The position numbers and the translations under genes were made by a program. From contig JBEPZY010000009.1 in assembly GCA_041640595.1 (NCBI GenBank), positions 130,342 to 194,341 on the forward strand: a stretch of DNA of 64,000 nt. Direction: 5' to 3'. Positions 9,751 to 20,262 of this stretch are shown here, in pieces. The DNA is from Gemmatales bacterium. GTDB taxonomy: Bacteria; Planctomycetota; Planctomycetia; Gemmatales; HRBIN36. Within the stretch, counting starts at the first letter, position 1. Each line of letters begins with the position of its first letter. The notes beneath the pieces are model-generated. The model saw nothing but the letters and a program-made list of their open reading frames with translations. It was not told where the DNA came from and ran no database searches.

Positions 9751-10038
9751 ATGAAATTCGCCGCTATTATCGAATACACGACCGACCGCGACAAAATTCA
9801 AGCCGTGCGTCCCGTGCATCGGCAGTATCTAGCCCAGCTCAAGGCCCAGGGCAAACTGGTTGCTTCGGGACCATTCACGGATGATAGCGGTGCCTTGATT
9901 ATCTACGAGGCGGAAAATCGCCAGGAAGCTGAACAACTCGTCCAGAACGATCCTTTTTGCCGCGAAGGGATATTTCGCAGCTGGCAATTGCGACCCTGGA
10001 ACCCGGTGCTGGCCAATCGTGCCCTGTTGCCCGAGTAA
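9751..10038 (+). CDS. YciI family protein
   Basis: RPVHRQYL, GKLVASGPF and DPF..EG motifs; 95 aa. Confidence 0.88.
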   Translation: MKFAAIIEYTTDRDKIQAVRPVHRQYLAQLKAQGKLVASGPFTDDSGALIIYEAENRQEAEQLVQNDPFCREGIFRSWQLRPWNPVLANRALLPE

Positions 10039-10040
10039 CC

Positions 10041-10565
10041 ATGAGCATGGGGGACTTTTCGGTGGACCGATGGAACACTTTCGTTCAGCAAGTCGGCGAA
10101 GCACTGCGGGTAAGGCGGTTAGGCCCACTGGTCTTCGCCCGTTGCCACTGGGAGAGTGATACACCACTGGAAAAGCTCCCGCCCAAACTGGCCCGACTGG
10201 TGGAGACTCTGGCCCAGTGGATGCAACAACCGCCGGAGCGGTTCTATCTCACCCGCAAGGCCGAGCTGGCCAGTGTGACGCTGGTCGTGGAATTCCGACC
10301 ATCGGCAACGGCCATCGTTTCCCACGCCCGCGGCTTTGCCGACTTGCATGCGCCGACCTCGGCAGGAGTGAGTGATACCGAAGCGGCGAAACCCAAAGCC
10401 TTCCCAGGCATCCGCCCGCTGGGGCTGGACCTTTTCCTGCTGGGCACCCAGGGGGCGATCTACCTCGATGGCACCCAGGATGACCGGCCAGGCGATCCGC
10501 TTGTCGTTCCCGATCTCCCCGCGGATCATCCCATCCATAAGCAACTCGCACAAGTTTGGCCATGA
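10041..10565 (+). CDS. Hypothetical protein
   Basis: ATG 2 bp after the YciI stop, plausible composition, no family recognised. Confidence 0.55.
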   Translation: MSMGDFSVDRWNTFVQQVGEALRVRRLGPLVFARCHWESDTPLEKLPPKLARLVETLAQWMQQPPERFYLTRKAELASVTLVVEFRPSATAIVSHARGFADLHAPTSAGVSDTEAAKPKAFPGIRPLGLDLFLLGTQGAIYLDGTQDDRPGDPLVVPDLPADHPIHKQLAQVWP

Positions 10566-10911
10566 CCGGACCGATTTGCTGTCGGTGAGCGCAGAAGTGG
10601 ACGATACTTACGCACGGTTTGGGCGGCTCCAAAGTTGGTTCCTGAATCGCCGTTCCGGAAAGTGAGCCCACCCCAATCAGCTCCTGGCAAGTGGTCTGCG
10701 TCCTGGCTGTAAGGCACGATTGGCGCTGCATCCTGTTGCCCGCTTACCACTGGCAAAATGGCTCGATAGACTAACCAGGATGCTAAAATACCTTGCCGTT
10801 GCTGCAATCGGTAGGCGGCCGATGGCCGGCACAGATGGCTGGTGGCTGGCGGTCACTGGTCGGTCATTAGCTGGCTGAGACCCTGAGATTGGGCAAAGAG
10901 GACTGATTGGC

Positions 10912-12801
10912 ATGGGCGCGCAAAAAGTGGCAGTGGCGGGTTCACGTTATTTGCGAGGAACACGGGTTCCCACCCTGGTGTTCCGTAGCAGTGCCGAAGC
11001 ATCTCGGCACGTGGCGCTGTTGATTGAAGCACTCATCCGCACCAACAACTCGGCGGGTCGGCCCACCGTGCTGGGTCTGCCTACCGGTTCCACGCCCGTT
11101 GGCATGTACCGCGAGCTTATCCGTATGCACCGGGAAGAAGGGTTGGATTTCAGCCGGGTAATTACGTTCAACCTGGACGAATATTATCCCATGTCGCCGC
11201 AGGACCGGCATTCGTACCACGCCTGGATGTGGGAAAACTTCTTCAAGCACGTCAATATTCGCCCTGAGAACATCCACATTCCCGATGGCACTGTGCCGCT
11301 CGACCGCATGGAGGAGTACTGTGCTGAATACGAACAGGCCATTCGCCGGGTCGGTGGGATTGACCTGATGGTGCTGGGAATCGGCCGAACCGGACACATT
11401 GGTTTCAACGAGCCTGGTTCCCTACCGACCAGCCGAACCCGGCTCGTTACCCTCGACCCGGTAACTCGCCGCGACGCAGCCAGCGGTTTCTTCGGTGAGG
11501 AAAATGTGCCTCACCAGGCCATCACCATGGGCATCGGGACTATCCTGGAAGCCAGAAAAATCGTGTTGTTAGCGTTCGGCGAACACAAGGCTGCGGTCGT
11601 GCGGAAGGCAGTTGAAGAGGAGCCCTCGGACGCTATTGCTGCCAGTTTCCTCCAAAGGCATCTGGACGCCACGTTTATCCTGGATGAAGCGGCAGCGGCA
11701 GAACTGACGGCGGTGCGTCAACCCTGGCTGTTTGGCCCGGTGAACTGGACACCGCAACTCATCCGCCGCGCCGTGCTGCACCTGAGCCTGACCAGTAACA
11801 AACCCTTACTGCTGCTGACCGAAGACGACTTCCGCGAACACCACCTGTACGAACTGCTGCGCGAATTTGGCCCAGCGCAACGGTTGAATCAGCGGGTGTT
11901 CGACGAGATGCTGGCTACCATCGAGGATAATCCAGGTGGGCCGACGCCAAAGACCGTCGTCGTCTTCAGTCCCCATCCGGACGACGATGTCATCAGCATG
12001 GGCGGTACGCTGATCCATCTGGTTGAGCACGGGCACACCGTGCATATTGCCTACATGACCAGCGGCAATATCGCCGTGTTCGACCACGACGCGCTGCGTT
12101 TCACCGATTTCGTGGCCGCCTTTAACAAATACTTCGGAATTGCTCCCGACCGCACCGAAGAGGTTTCCCAGCATATCCGCGATTTACTGGAAAACAAAAA
12201 GGGGGGCCAACCCGACGAGCCGGAGGTGTTGAAAATCAAGGCCCTGATTCGTGAAACCGAAGCCCGTGCGGCGGCGCGTAGTGTCGGCATACCGTCGCAG
12301 CAGTTGCATTTCCTCGACATGCCTTTCTACCGTACAGGAACCATCGAGAAGAAAGCGATTTCCGAAGAGGACATTGCTGAAGTGATGGAACTGCTGGAAC
12401 GGATTCGGCCGGAGCAGATCTACATGGCCGGCGATCTTTCCGATCCTCACGGCACGCATCGCCTGTGTGCTGAGGCGATTTTCCAGGCAGTGCGGCGATT
12501 GCGGGATCGCGGCTTGCAGTTCGAGGTATGGATGTACCGCGGAGCCTGGCAGGAATGGGAAGTTCACGAGATTGACCGCGCCGTTCCTCTCAGTCCGGAG
12601 GAAATGGAGCGCAAGAAGCTGGCCATCTTCAAGCATCAGTCGCAGAAAGATCGCCCTATGTTTCCAGGCAGCGATTTGCGAGAATTCTGGCAACGTGCCG
12701 AGGACCGTAACCGCCACACCGCCCAGCTCTACGACCGGCTTGGTTTGCCGCAATTCTACGCTCTGGAAGCTTTTCGACTCTGGCGCGACCAGGACTACTG
12801 A
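10912..12801 (+). CDS. nagB: Glucosamine-6-phosphate deaminase fused to a PIG-L-like domain (long NagB)
   Basis: GLPTGSTP, FNLDEYYP and GIGRTGHIGFNEPG; C-terminal FSPHPDDDVISMGG and DPHGTH. Confidence 0.95.
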   Translation: MGAQKVAVAGSRYLRGTRVPTLVFRSSAEASRHVALLIEALIRTNNSAGRPTVLGLPTGSTPVGMYRELIRMHREEGLDFSRVITFNLDEYYPMSPQDRHSYHAWMWENFFKHVNIRPENIHIPDGTVPLDRMEEYCAEYEQAIRRVGGIDLMVLGIGRTGHIGFNEPGSLPTSRTRLVTLDPVTRRDAASGFFGEENVPHQAITMGIGTILEARKIVLLAFGEHKAAVVRKAVEEEPSDAIAASFLQRHLDATFILDEAAAAELTAVRQPWLFGPVNWTPQLIRRAVLHLSLTSNKPLLLLTEDDFREHHLYELLREFGPAQRLNQRVFDEMLATIEDNPGGPTPKTVVVFSPHPDDDVISMGGTLIHLVEHGHTVHIAYMTSGNIAVFDHDALRFTDFVAAFNKYFGIAPDRTEEVSQHIRDLLENKKGGQPDEPEVLKIKALIRETEARAAARSVGIPSQQLHFLDMPFYRTGTIEKKAISEEDIAEVMELLERIRPEQIYMAGDLSDPHGTHRLCAEAIFQAVRRLRDRGLQFEVWMYRGAWQEWEVHEIDRAVPLSPEEMERKKLAIFKHQSQKDRPMFPGSDLREFWQRAEDRNRHTAQLYDRLGLPQFYALEAFRLWRDQDY

Positions 12802-13683
12802 TAAGGCATTGAAAAGAAGGGGCGTCAACTCCGCGTGTTTTTTCGTTATCGGGTGCAATCAGTCCGTCGAACAGACAATCATTCGAGAGCGGGGGAAGTC
12901 GGTCTCCCGTGTTCAGCTGTTGTCCAAACGAGAATCGCTCTATCGGGCGAAAATCGTTCAAGAGCGGGGGCGTCAGACTTCCGTGGCACGCGGTTCTGGC
13001 TGCGACCAAAAACGATGAACCTGGTCGGGCCAGAATCTCCCCAGGCACCCTGGATGGGTCGTTCGGAAGCTGGTTGTTGTTCCAGGAATCCTCTTGCCCG
13101 TTCGCGTTCGGCAGAATGGCGCTCCCCGATTCTTGCTGGGCAAGTAAAAAGGCCATACAGTAAGTTAAACGAAACGTCATCGCTCAAGAGCGGGGACTAA
13201 GCCCTCGTGGCAATCAAATAGAGTGGTAGAAGGCAGATACACTACCAAGACGGCGGCAAAGACATGACGTATTGCCCCGAAGCAACAAAGCGGTGCTTCA
13301 GGGCGGGGTCGAATGATTGCCGGGCCAAACAAGCAGCGGCGGATCGGCAAGTGATTTGCCGCTGGTCGTTCGCCGTGCAGACTCGCAAGCTCTGCTCCGG
13401 TAACGCCATGCCTCATCCAGCTTGGCTACTCGGCGATATGGGTCGGCTTGAAAACCTCGAACTTCGTTCCCGACCTGGCTTGCAAGGTACATCAATTTTT
13501 CGCGGTCGGGTCTTTACAATCTGGCAGCTTAGGACTCCAAAGAACCTCATAATTGCGGAGTAGCCAGTCGCTTCGGGAGCGCGAGACGCAAGTCGCCGTG
13601 CTCTTGAGAACGCGGAGGCGGAAGGCGCATATCTTTTACAGGACTTGTCTGGCGTATCAAATTCATCAAACGGGGGACCTTTT

Positions 13684-14655
13684 ATGAGCGTGGCGAACTC
13701 ATCGAACGGCGAAGTCATTGTCGAAACCCGCAATCTCACCAAGGTTTACCTCGACTTCTGGGGCCGACGAAAAAAGGAAGCGCTGCGGGCTCTCAACTTG
13801 CAAATCTATCGCGGCGAGGTATTTGGCTTGCTCGGCCCGAACGGTTCCGGCAAGACGACAACCATTAAATTGCTGCTCGGCTTACTGTTTCCCACAGAAG
13901 GTGAAGCGCTGGTCTTCGGCAGGCCGGGTACGGATGTCGCCAAGAACGAACGCATCGGCTACCTTCCCGAAGAATCGTACCTGTATCGTTTTCTGACAGC
14001 GGAGGAAACGCTGGATTTTTACGGGCGACTGTTCAATCTCAGCCCTGAGGTTCGGAAAAAACGAGCCGAAGAGTTGATCGAAAAAGTCGGACTCAGTCGG
14101 GACAAGAAACGTACCCTCCGCGAGTATTCCAAGGGTATGCGGCAGCGTATCGGCCTGGCCCAAGCGCTCATCAATGATCCGGAATTAGTTATCCTGGACG
14201 AGCCAACGTCGGGGCTCGACCCGATTGGTACCCGCTGGATGAAAGACCTGATTCTGGAACTCAAGGCGCAGGGCAAAACGGTGATCATGTGCAGTCACCG
14301 TTTGGAAGATGTGCAGGACGTTTGCGACCGCATCGCCATCCTTTATGAGGGGGAGTTGAAAGAGCTGGGGCGGGTAGATGAGTTGCTGGAGATTGCCGAA
14401 TTGGTTGAACTGCGGGCACGCGGTGTTCGCCTGACCGAAGAGCTGAAACGCGACCTGGCCGAAGTCATCCGCCGCCACGGAGGCGAAGTTGAGAGCGTGC
14501 AACATCCCACCACCACTCTCGAGGACCTGTTCCTGCGGATCGTCAAAGAGAGCCAGCTGCATCCGGGCCGGCGGTATCTGCCTCGACAGGAACGCCCGAC
14601 TCCCGCAGCCGTACCCGCTGGTGCTACTCCCGGCGGCAATTCGTCAAATTCCTGA
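13684..14655 (+). CDS. ABC transporter ATP-binding protein
   Basis: [17 protein letters not shown] signature, [10 protein letters not shown] and an H-loop. Confidence 0.95.
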   Translation: MSVANSSNGEVIVETRNLTKVYLDFWGRRKKEALRALNLQIYRGEVFGLLGPNGSGKTTTIKLLLGLLFPTEGEALVFGRPGTDVAKNERIGYLPEESYLYRFLTAEETLDFYGRLFNLSPEVRKKRAEELIEKVGLSRDKKRTLREYSKGMRQRIGLAQALINDPELVILDEPTSGLDPIGTRWMKDLILELKAQGKTVIMCSHRLEDVQDVCDRIAILYEGELKELGRVDELLEIAELVELRARGVRLTEELKRDLAEVIRRHGGEVESVQHPTTTLEDLFLRIVKESQLHPGRRYLPRQERPTPAAVPAGATPGGNSSNS

Positions 14656-14681
14656 GCATTCAGTTGGTAAGGAGAAGCGCC

Positions 14682-16595
14682 ATGCTGGGCGTTCTGGTCA
14701 TCGAAACTCCCTACGCTTCGCTTGACCGACTCGGCTCCGCCTGGGCTGGCTGGCTCAATAGTGCAGGGGTGTGCGCTCTGCTGTTCCTGCTGGCGGGCGA
14801 AATTCTGCGCTGGACATTTGGTCGGGGAAGTCTCGTCATTCATGGGCTGGCTGGGAACTTGAGCCAGCTCACCATGCAAGAAGTTTGGAAACGGCGAACG
14901 CTGTGGTTGTGGTTGAGCCTGATTGCAGTGGGTTTACTGACCGCGGCCATCGCTTTGCTCCTGGCTCGCCGCAGTCCCGACACGTATTCCCCGTGGCGAA
15001 CCATAGCCGTTCGCGCCTGGCAGGTCAGTGCCATAGCGGCTATCCTGGCCTTTGCCTGGGAGTTTATCCTGGAGTTACTGGTTTGTCGCTGGCGGCGTAT
15101 CTGGGCGGTGGCCCGTCTGGTTATCCTCGAATCCATCCGCCAAAAAGCACTCTGGGGCTTTGCTGTGTTGTTGCTCCTGGTTCTGGTGGGAAGCTGGTTC
15201 ATCCAGGTGGAACAGCGCGATCAATGGCGGACCTACGTGGACATTTTTTATCGAACGTTGATGCTGCTGATGGTGATTACGGCTTCGGTGCTGGCCTGTT
15301 TCGGGATTCCCAATGATCTGCGTCGGCAAACGATCCATTTGCAGGTAACTAAACCCATTCGGCGGCTGGAAATCCTGCTGGGACGCATCATCGGCCTGAT
15401 CGTGCTGATGACCGCGATGCTGTTCATCATTGGTAATCTTGGATTTTTGTATGTGTTGCGCGAAGTTTCTCCTGAGGCGCGAGCTTCCACGATGCGGTCG
15501 AGGCTATACCAGCTTGGAGAGCTCCATTTCGAGGAGCTCGACAACGAAGGCAACTGGCAGCGTAAGAGCACCGGTACGGATGTCGGAGAGGAATTCACTT
15601 ACCGCTCGCACATTCGGGGTGGGGCACCCCAGGAGGCAGTGTGGACTTTTAGGCAGCTGCCGCCGCATTTGTTTGACAAGAACTGGCAGCAGCGCAATCG
15701 TCGGCTGGTTGCCGAATTCATGTTCGACATCTACCGCATGACTCGCGATTATGAACGCGGCGGAGCCGGAGGAGTGGCGGTGCTCATCCGCTTCATCAAC
15801 ACCCGGTTGTGGGATGCCGCCCTCGAAGCTCAATATCGCCAGGAAGCCCAGGAGTTGCGGTATCGGCAGGATTGGGAGGAGGTGCTGGCGAAGAAATACG
15901 GTTTTTACGAGGTCCCGCTCCATATCGCCGACCTGCGCACTTATAGCGTGGATTTTCCGGTGGCCATTATCGAGCGACTGCAAGAAGGGGGAGGCTTGTT
16001 GCAGGTTCGTGTCTCCTGCCGCAGTTTCGGACAGTATCTGGGCATGGGGCCGAACGACCTGTATCTGGTGGTTGGCGAAAGCAGCCTGTACCTGAACTTC
16101 ATGAAAGGGCTGGTAGGCATCTGGGCGATGACGGTGATGGTGATTGTGCTGGGAAGCTGCTTCAGCACTTACACCGGAGCCCTGGCCAGCCTGTTGCTCT
16201 GCTGGTCGCTCATGTTTCTGGGCATCCCACCGGTGCAGCAGTTTTTAGGCCAGCTTGGTCCAAGCACCATCCATCGCATGGACGTCAACCCCGGTGGTGG
16301 CCCCTTAGAAGCGCTCTACCGTCTGGCACGCGGTATGACCATGTCCGCACCTTTGCCCGACCACTGGGGCATTGAATTGATGCGGCAGATAGATACGGGA
16401 TACGGCTACTTGTTTAATGCAGTGGCGAATATCGTTCCTGACCTGTACCAGTATGACCGGACCTTGCATGTGAGCGAAGGATTCAACATCCCGGGTGGCG
16501 AACTGGTAATGAGCCTGATCCTTCTGGGCGGCTACGTGCTGCCATATCTTCTGGCGGGTTATTATCTGCTCAATGCCCGCGAGATTGCTGCATAG
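14682..16595 (+). CDS. ABC-2 type permease-like membrane protein with a large extracytoplasmic insert
   Basis: Many hydrophobic segments; VTKPIRRLEILLGR (ABC-2 cytoplasmic loop); AAGGAG RBS; follows the ATPase. Confidence 0.8.
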   Translation: MLGVLVIETPYASLDRLGSAWAGWLNSAGVCALLFLLAGEILRWTFGRGSLVIHGLAGNLSQLTMQEVWKRRTLWLWLSLIAVGLLTAAIALLLARRSPDTYSPWRTIAVRAWQVSAIAAILAFAWEFILELLVCRWRRIWAVARLVILESIRQKALWGFAVLLLLVLVGSWFIQVEQRDQWRTYVDIFYRTLMLLMVITASVLACFGIPNDLRRQTIHLQVTKPIRRLEILLGRIIGLIVLMTAMLFIIGNLGFLYVLREVSPEARASTMRSRLYQLGELHFEELDNEGNWQRKSTGTDVGEEFTYRSHIRGGAPQEAVWTFRQLPPHLFDKNWQQRNRRLVAEFMFDIYRMTRDYERGGAGGVAVLIRFINTRLWDAALEAQYRQEAQELRYRQDWEEVLAKKYGFYEVPLHIADLRTYSVDFPVAIIERLQEGGGLLQVRVSCRSFGQYLGMGPNDLYLVVGESSLYLNFMKGLVGIWAMTVMVIVLGSCFSTYTGALASLLLCWSLMFLGIPPVQQFLGQLGPSTIHRMDVNPGGGPLEALYRLARGMTMSAPLPDHWGIELMRQIDTGYGYLFNAVANIVPDLYQYDRTLHVSEGFNIPGGELVMSLILLGGYVLPYLLAGYYLLNAREIAA

Positions 16596-16634
16596 GCCTG
16601 ATACTTCCGACTGGTTGGAGCAAAGGAGCCGGCC

Positions 16635-18791
16635 ATGATTCAGGAGACTTTTACCAGCACACGCTGGCGGAAGCTGATTTACACTGCGCTGATCCTGGTG
16701 CTGTTTGTCGCCATGCTGGTGCATCGTCGCGAGGTGGTCGAAAAGAAGGCGGAGCAGCACAGTTTGACGGAAACGAATCTGGCGCAGGTGGATTTAGGCG
16801 GCTCAGCAGCGCGGTTCATTTTGACGAGCTTCCGCGGGCCACTGGTTTGCTTGCTCTGGTGGGAATCGCGGGCCTTATTCACGCGCAAAGAATGGGGCCG
16901 CCTGGAACTGATCTTGCGCGCCATCACTAAACTGCAACCACATTTCCGAGGCCCGTGGGAATTTATGGGCTGGGACCTGGCTTACAACGTCGCCGTGGAG
17001 TTTGACGCTGCCGAAGACAAGTATCTGTATGTCGCCAAAGGTGTCAACTGGTTGGCAGAAGGTGAGCGCACTTTGCGGCGGCTGGCCTATGATCCGCAGA
17101 CGCAATCTCGCAAAGAGGTCGGCAATCCCGATGTGCGGTGGTATATCGGCAACGTGATCCACCACAAGATCATTTACAGCGACGAAGCTGCCATTTTCCG
17201 TTGCTTTTTCCACCTGGGTTGCATTCCTCCGGAATTGTGGGATCCCGATGTGCTGCAACAAAACCCGGACCGCCTGCGGGAATTCAAGCGCACCTATCCG
17301 GTCTTCACAGAGTATTTGCGGCGATTCCGGCACATTGCGGAAGGTGCCGAGGCTCCCATGGATGATGCGATTGTGCAATTCTGCCGGCAATACCGGGGCG
17401 TCGTCGGGCGGTATCGCTTACTGACAGGGGGACAGGCCTCGCGTCTGAAACAGCCGGACGAGATGCCTTTCCCGATCTGGCCTCGCGAAGTAGATTTGCC
17501 ACCTCGGTATCACCCCGACACTCACCTGGAAAAAGAACAGGAGCCGCACGAAATCCTTTACCACTGGAGCGTCTTTGCCCAGGAACCGTTGCCGCCATTC
17601 GACCCGGAAAACCCGTTCCAGAGCGAAACCAGTCGGCTCTATCAGAATACCAAGAAAAGCCCATACTTCTTCCGTGCTCATCCAGCCCGAGCGAAAGGCA
17701 TGAAGGCTCGGCATCTGGGCAAAGATGGTTGGCCAGAAGAGGCCCAGCAAGCCTGGGCGGAATCTTACGAAGAATGGGTGCGGTTCGGGCGACTGGTGGG
17801 GCTTCTGCGTCCCCCGGAGGAAATGCAACTGCTCCAGCAACAGGCGCAGGAGCTGACCCGGCGTTATCCAGCTTTTCTTCAGACTGGCCAGCTACCGCCT
17901 GAAGCCACGCGTGATCCTGATGCCTTGCGATGGTACCGTGCCTGGCGGACGCTGGAACAGATGAACAGCAACCGTGGGCCGTTCGATACGTGGATGGTGT
18001 TATCAGTCAATGGCCAAACCGAAAAATCCAAAGAAGCCCGACGCCTTGCCTTTGTGGCCGATCGCAAGCTGGCCGGACACACCCTGCAGGCTATCGAAAC
18101 TTATCAGCAGAGCTTCGATTTGTGGCGGGATTTGCTGACGCGACCGTTTCATCCGGCCCGCGACGGGACAGTGCTGCTCGGTTTGCACCCGGAGGCTGGC
18201 CAGTTCCCCATCTGGGCAGTGCTCTGGCAGAAACTTCTTGGCAGCGCTTATCGGCAGGTGTTTTACACCGATCACCACGGAGCCTTCCTGCTCAGTCTGG
18301 GTAGCGCTGCTGGTGCACCGTGGACGGCGGGCTGGCCGGTTGGTTTGATGCTGCAGGATGTTGGTCCGCTGATGCGCACTCCTTACGGCCGCAATGATCA
18401 GGTTCAGCGGGAGATTGTGGACATGGAAATCAATTACATGCGTTTGTGGGCTGAGAGAGAAGCGCCACACTGGTTGCCGGTCGGTTCGGGCTTGCATTTG
18501 CTGACGCACTGGGGGCTGGGAACCGCTACCCCGGCTACGAATCTGGTTGCCACCCTGTTGCCGCGACCCGGCCAGCTTTCGCTCGAAAACTGGGAATATT
18601 TACTCGAACGTATGCCAGGCCCGCTGGACGATGTTCTGCCCAAAGGTGCCCGTGAATCGGCAGAATCGACCCTCTTCCGCAGTGGTATAGGTGCCCAGCG
18701 CCGCTTGATTTCTCCGGAAGAGGTGCAGGAGTTGCCCCCGCTTCTGGAAAAAATGAAAAAGCCGACTCCCGATACGCTGGGCAAGCCGTGA
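16635..18791 (+). CDS. Membrane-anchored helical hypothetical protein co-transcribed with the ABC genes
   Basis: N-terminal TM helix, LQPHF...W.F.GW.LAYNV motif, AAGGAG RBS; 718 aa. Confidence 0.7.
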   Translation: MIQETFTSTRWRKLIYTALILVLFVAMLVHRREVVEKKAEQHSLTETNLAQVDLGGSAARFILTSFRGPLVCLLWWESRALFTRKEWGRLELILRAITKLQPHFRGPWEFMGWDLAYNVAVEFDAAEDKYLYVAKGVNWLAEGERTLRRLAYDPQTQSRKEVGNPDVRWYIGNVIHHKIIYSDEAAIFRCFFHLGCIPPELWDPDVLQQNPDRLREFKRTYPVFTEYLRRFRHIAEGAEAPMDDAIVQFCRQYRGVVGRYRLLTGGQASRLKQPDEMPFPIWPREVDLPPRYHPDTHLEKEQEPHEILYHWSVFAQEPLPPFDPENPFQSETSRLYQNTKKSPYFFRAHPARAKGMKARHLGKDGWPEEAQQAWAESYEEWVRFGRLVGLLRPPEEMQLLQQQAQELTRRYPAFLQTGQLPPEATRDPDALRWYRAWRTLEQMNSNRGPFDTWMVLSVNGQTEKSKEARRLAFVADRKLAGHTLQAIETYQQSFDLWRDLLTRPFHPARDGTVLLGLHPEAGQFPIWAVLWQKLLGSAYRQVFYTDHHGAFLLSLGSAAGAPWTAGWPVGLMLQDVGPLMRTPYGRNDQVQREIVDMEINYMRLWAEREAPHWLPVGSGLHLLTHWGLGTATPATNLVATLLPRPGQLSLENWEYLLERMPGPLDDVLPKGARESAESTLFRSGIGAQRRLISPEEVQELPPLLEKMKKPTPDTLGKP

Positions 18792-19054
18792 CGGGCAAGT
18801 TTGTGGTACTGCCCGGCTTGGCTTTTCTGTATTAGCGGCTCGCCGTAACATCACCGCGTCTGCCGGAAAATGCCCTGCCCACGCTGTTACGGCTTGCTTT
18901 GACGAAGGGAAGCGAGGCTGCTATGTTTCATCATCGGTACGCTAACCAACTGAACTGGGGCGAGCCTACTGCTCGCCCCGACTGCTGACGCATACTGTTT
19001 TCCACATCCGTTCGGACTGCGTCAACTTTTCCGCCGCGCTAACCCATCAGCGTA

Positions 19055-19465
19055 TCAATGTCCGGCTGGTCCAGGCATGGGACAAGTGGCCGGCGTAGTC
19101 GGTACTGCCCATTGCATCGTCGGGCTGACGAAGACCGGGGCGTATTGAGGCCGACCACAGTATCCGTAAGGTCCACACATGCCTGCCCCACCGCCGTTGA
19201 TCTGATAACCGTGGAACTTGTAATAGGTTACCCAGTCAATATGCGCCAGCCGTCCGTAGTAATGCTCCAGGGCATCATAGTAGTCGTGCCAGAACTTGAG
19301 CCAGCGCTCTTCCTCGGTGGTGCAATGGCTGCGATTGAAGCGAGTCCAGAATGCCCAGCGAGGCTGATAGCCGCCATAGTTGAGGGTGCCCCAATCGGCG
19401 TGGCTCACGTGTGTGCTAGCCAGAACGCCCAGCCCCACCAGCGCCCACACAACCAGCTTTCTCAT
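19055..19465 (-). CDS. Small secreted Trp/Tyr/His-rich hypothetical protein
   Basis: AAGGAG RBS, signal peptide ending in SHA, aromatic-rich core. Confidence 0.7.
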   Translation of the reverse strand: MRKLVVWALVGLGVLASTHVSHADWGTLNYGGYQPRWAFWTRFNRSHCTTEEERWLKFWHDYYDALEHYYGRLAHIDWVTYYKFHGYQINGGGAGMCGPYGYCGRPQYAPVFVSPTMQWAVPTTPATCPMPGPAGH

Positions 19466-20181
19466 GAGTTTCTCCTTTCCCCGACTGGCTTGCGGCGAGT
19501 CCCACCCAGGCTTATGGGTCGCTCGGTATCGGCCTGAGTTGCTCGCTCCGCTTTTCGTGCTTCCCTAATCTTTCCCGCTCGCTTGTTCTACTTTCCCTGC
19601 GTGCAATACACTTATCGGCTATTTCGACCGAAAAATACGCTAAATCCGCCGCAACACCGTTCCTGCTCGAAACCCCCAGAATAAGAAGGTTCGCACAAAG
19701 CCGGAATTTCCCTTTTCCGCCTTATACGAATCCCCTATGCTCGAATTGGGCAAACTCCTCCAGCCTGCACTGGACGGTATCGGACACACTGAAGTTTGCG
19801 GCTGTGTGGTGATGCGGATGATCGAATCGCGCATGTGCAGCGTGTCGAGTACACTGAAGTTTTCGGCTGGTGCTATTGGGACTGAAGTTGATGGTTATCC
19901 AGCGCCGACTGCCGAGTTCACAGAGGCTTGCGGCTGGCGCTGATTTTCTCCGCAAAACCATCCGCTTTGGTACGACCAGCCGGTTTCTGCAACAGCGATG
20001 TCGAGCAGCAACCGGATAATGCGAGTCGATCGCTCGCCAAACTGACTTGACAACCGCGGATTGCGGTTTGGAGCCGCAGGATAATGGGAGTAGAGCGCTC
20101 GCCGAGCCAATCGGTTTGTGCAACTGCCTGGGCTGCCAAACCCGCTATTGCGTTTACGCAATCGCCGGCAACTACCATGTC

Positions 20182-20210
20182 TTGACGGGGCGTTTGCGTG
20201 GTTCGATAAT
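20182..20210 (+). promoter_or_regulatory. Putative sigma70 promoter of the DUF1552 gene
   Basis: TTGACG-N17-GATAAT ending 52 bp upstream of the ATG. Confidence 0.6.
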
Positions 20211-20262
20211 AGTAATGGTGAATTGTACCCACCCTTTACGCCCTCCCTAACGGAGACCCGCC

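Noticed and set aside
12811..12845. Intrinsic terminator after nagB
   Set aside because: An A-rich run and a T-run are present, but the GC stem pairs poorly.
12850..13680. Riboswitch, ncRNA or small gene in the long intergenic region
   Set aside because: Only a short AGAGCGGGG motif occurring three times and weak hairpins were seen; no recognisable family and no ORF with a convincing RBS.
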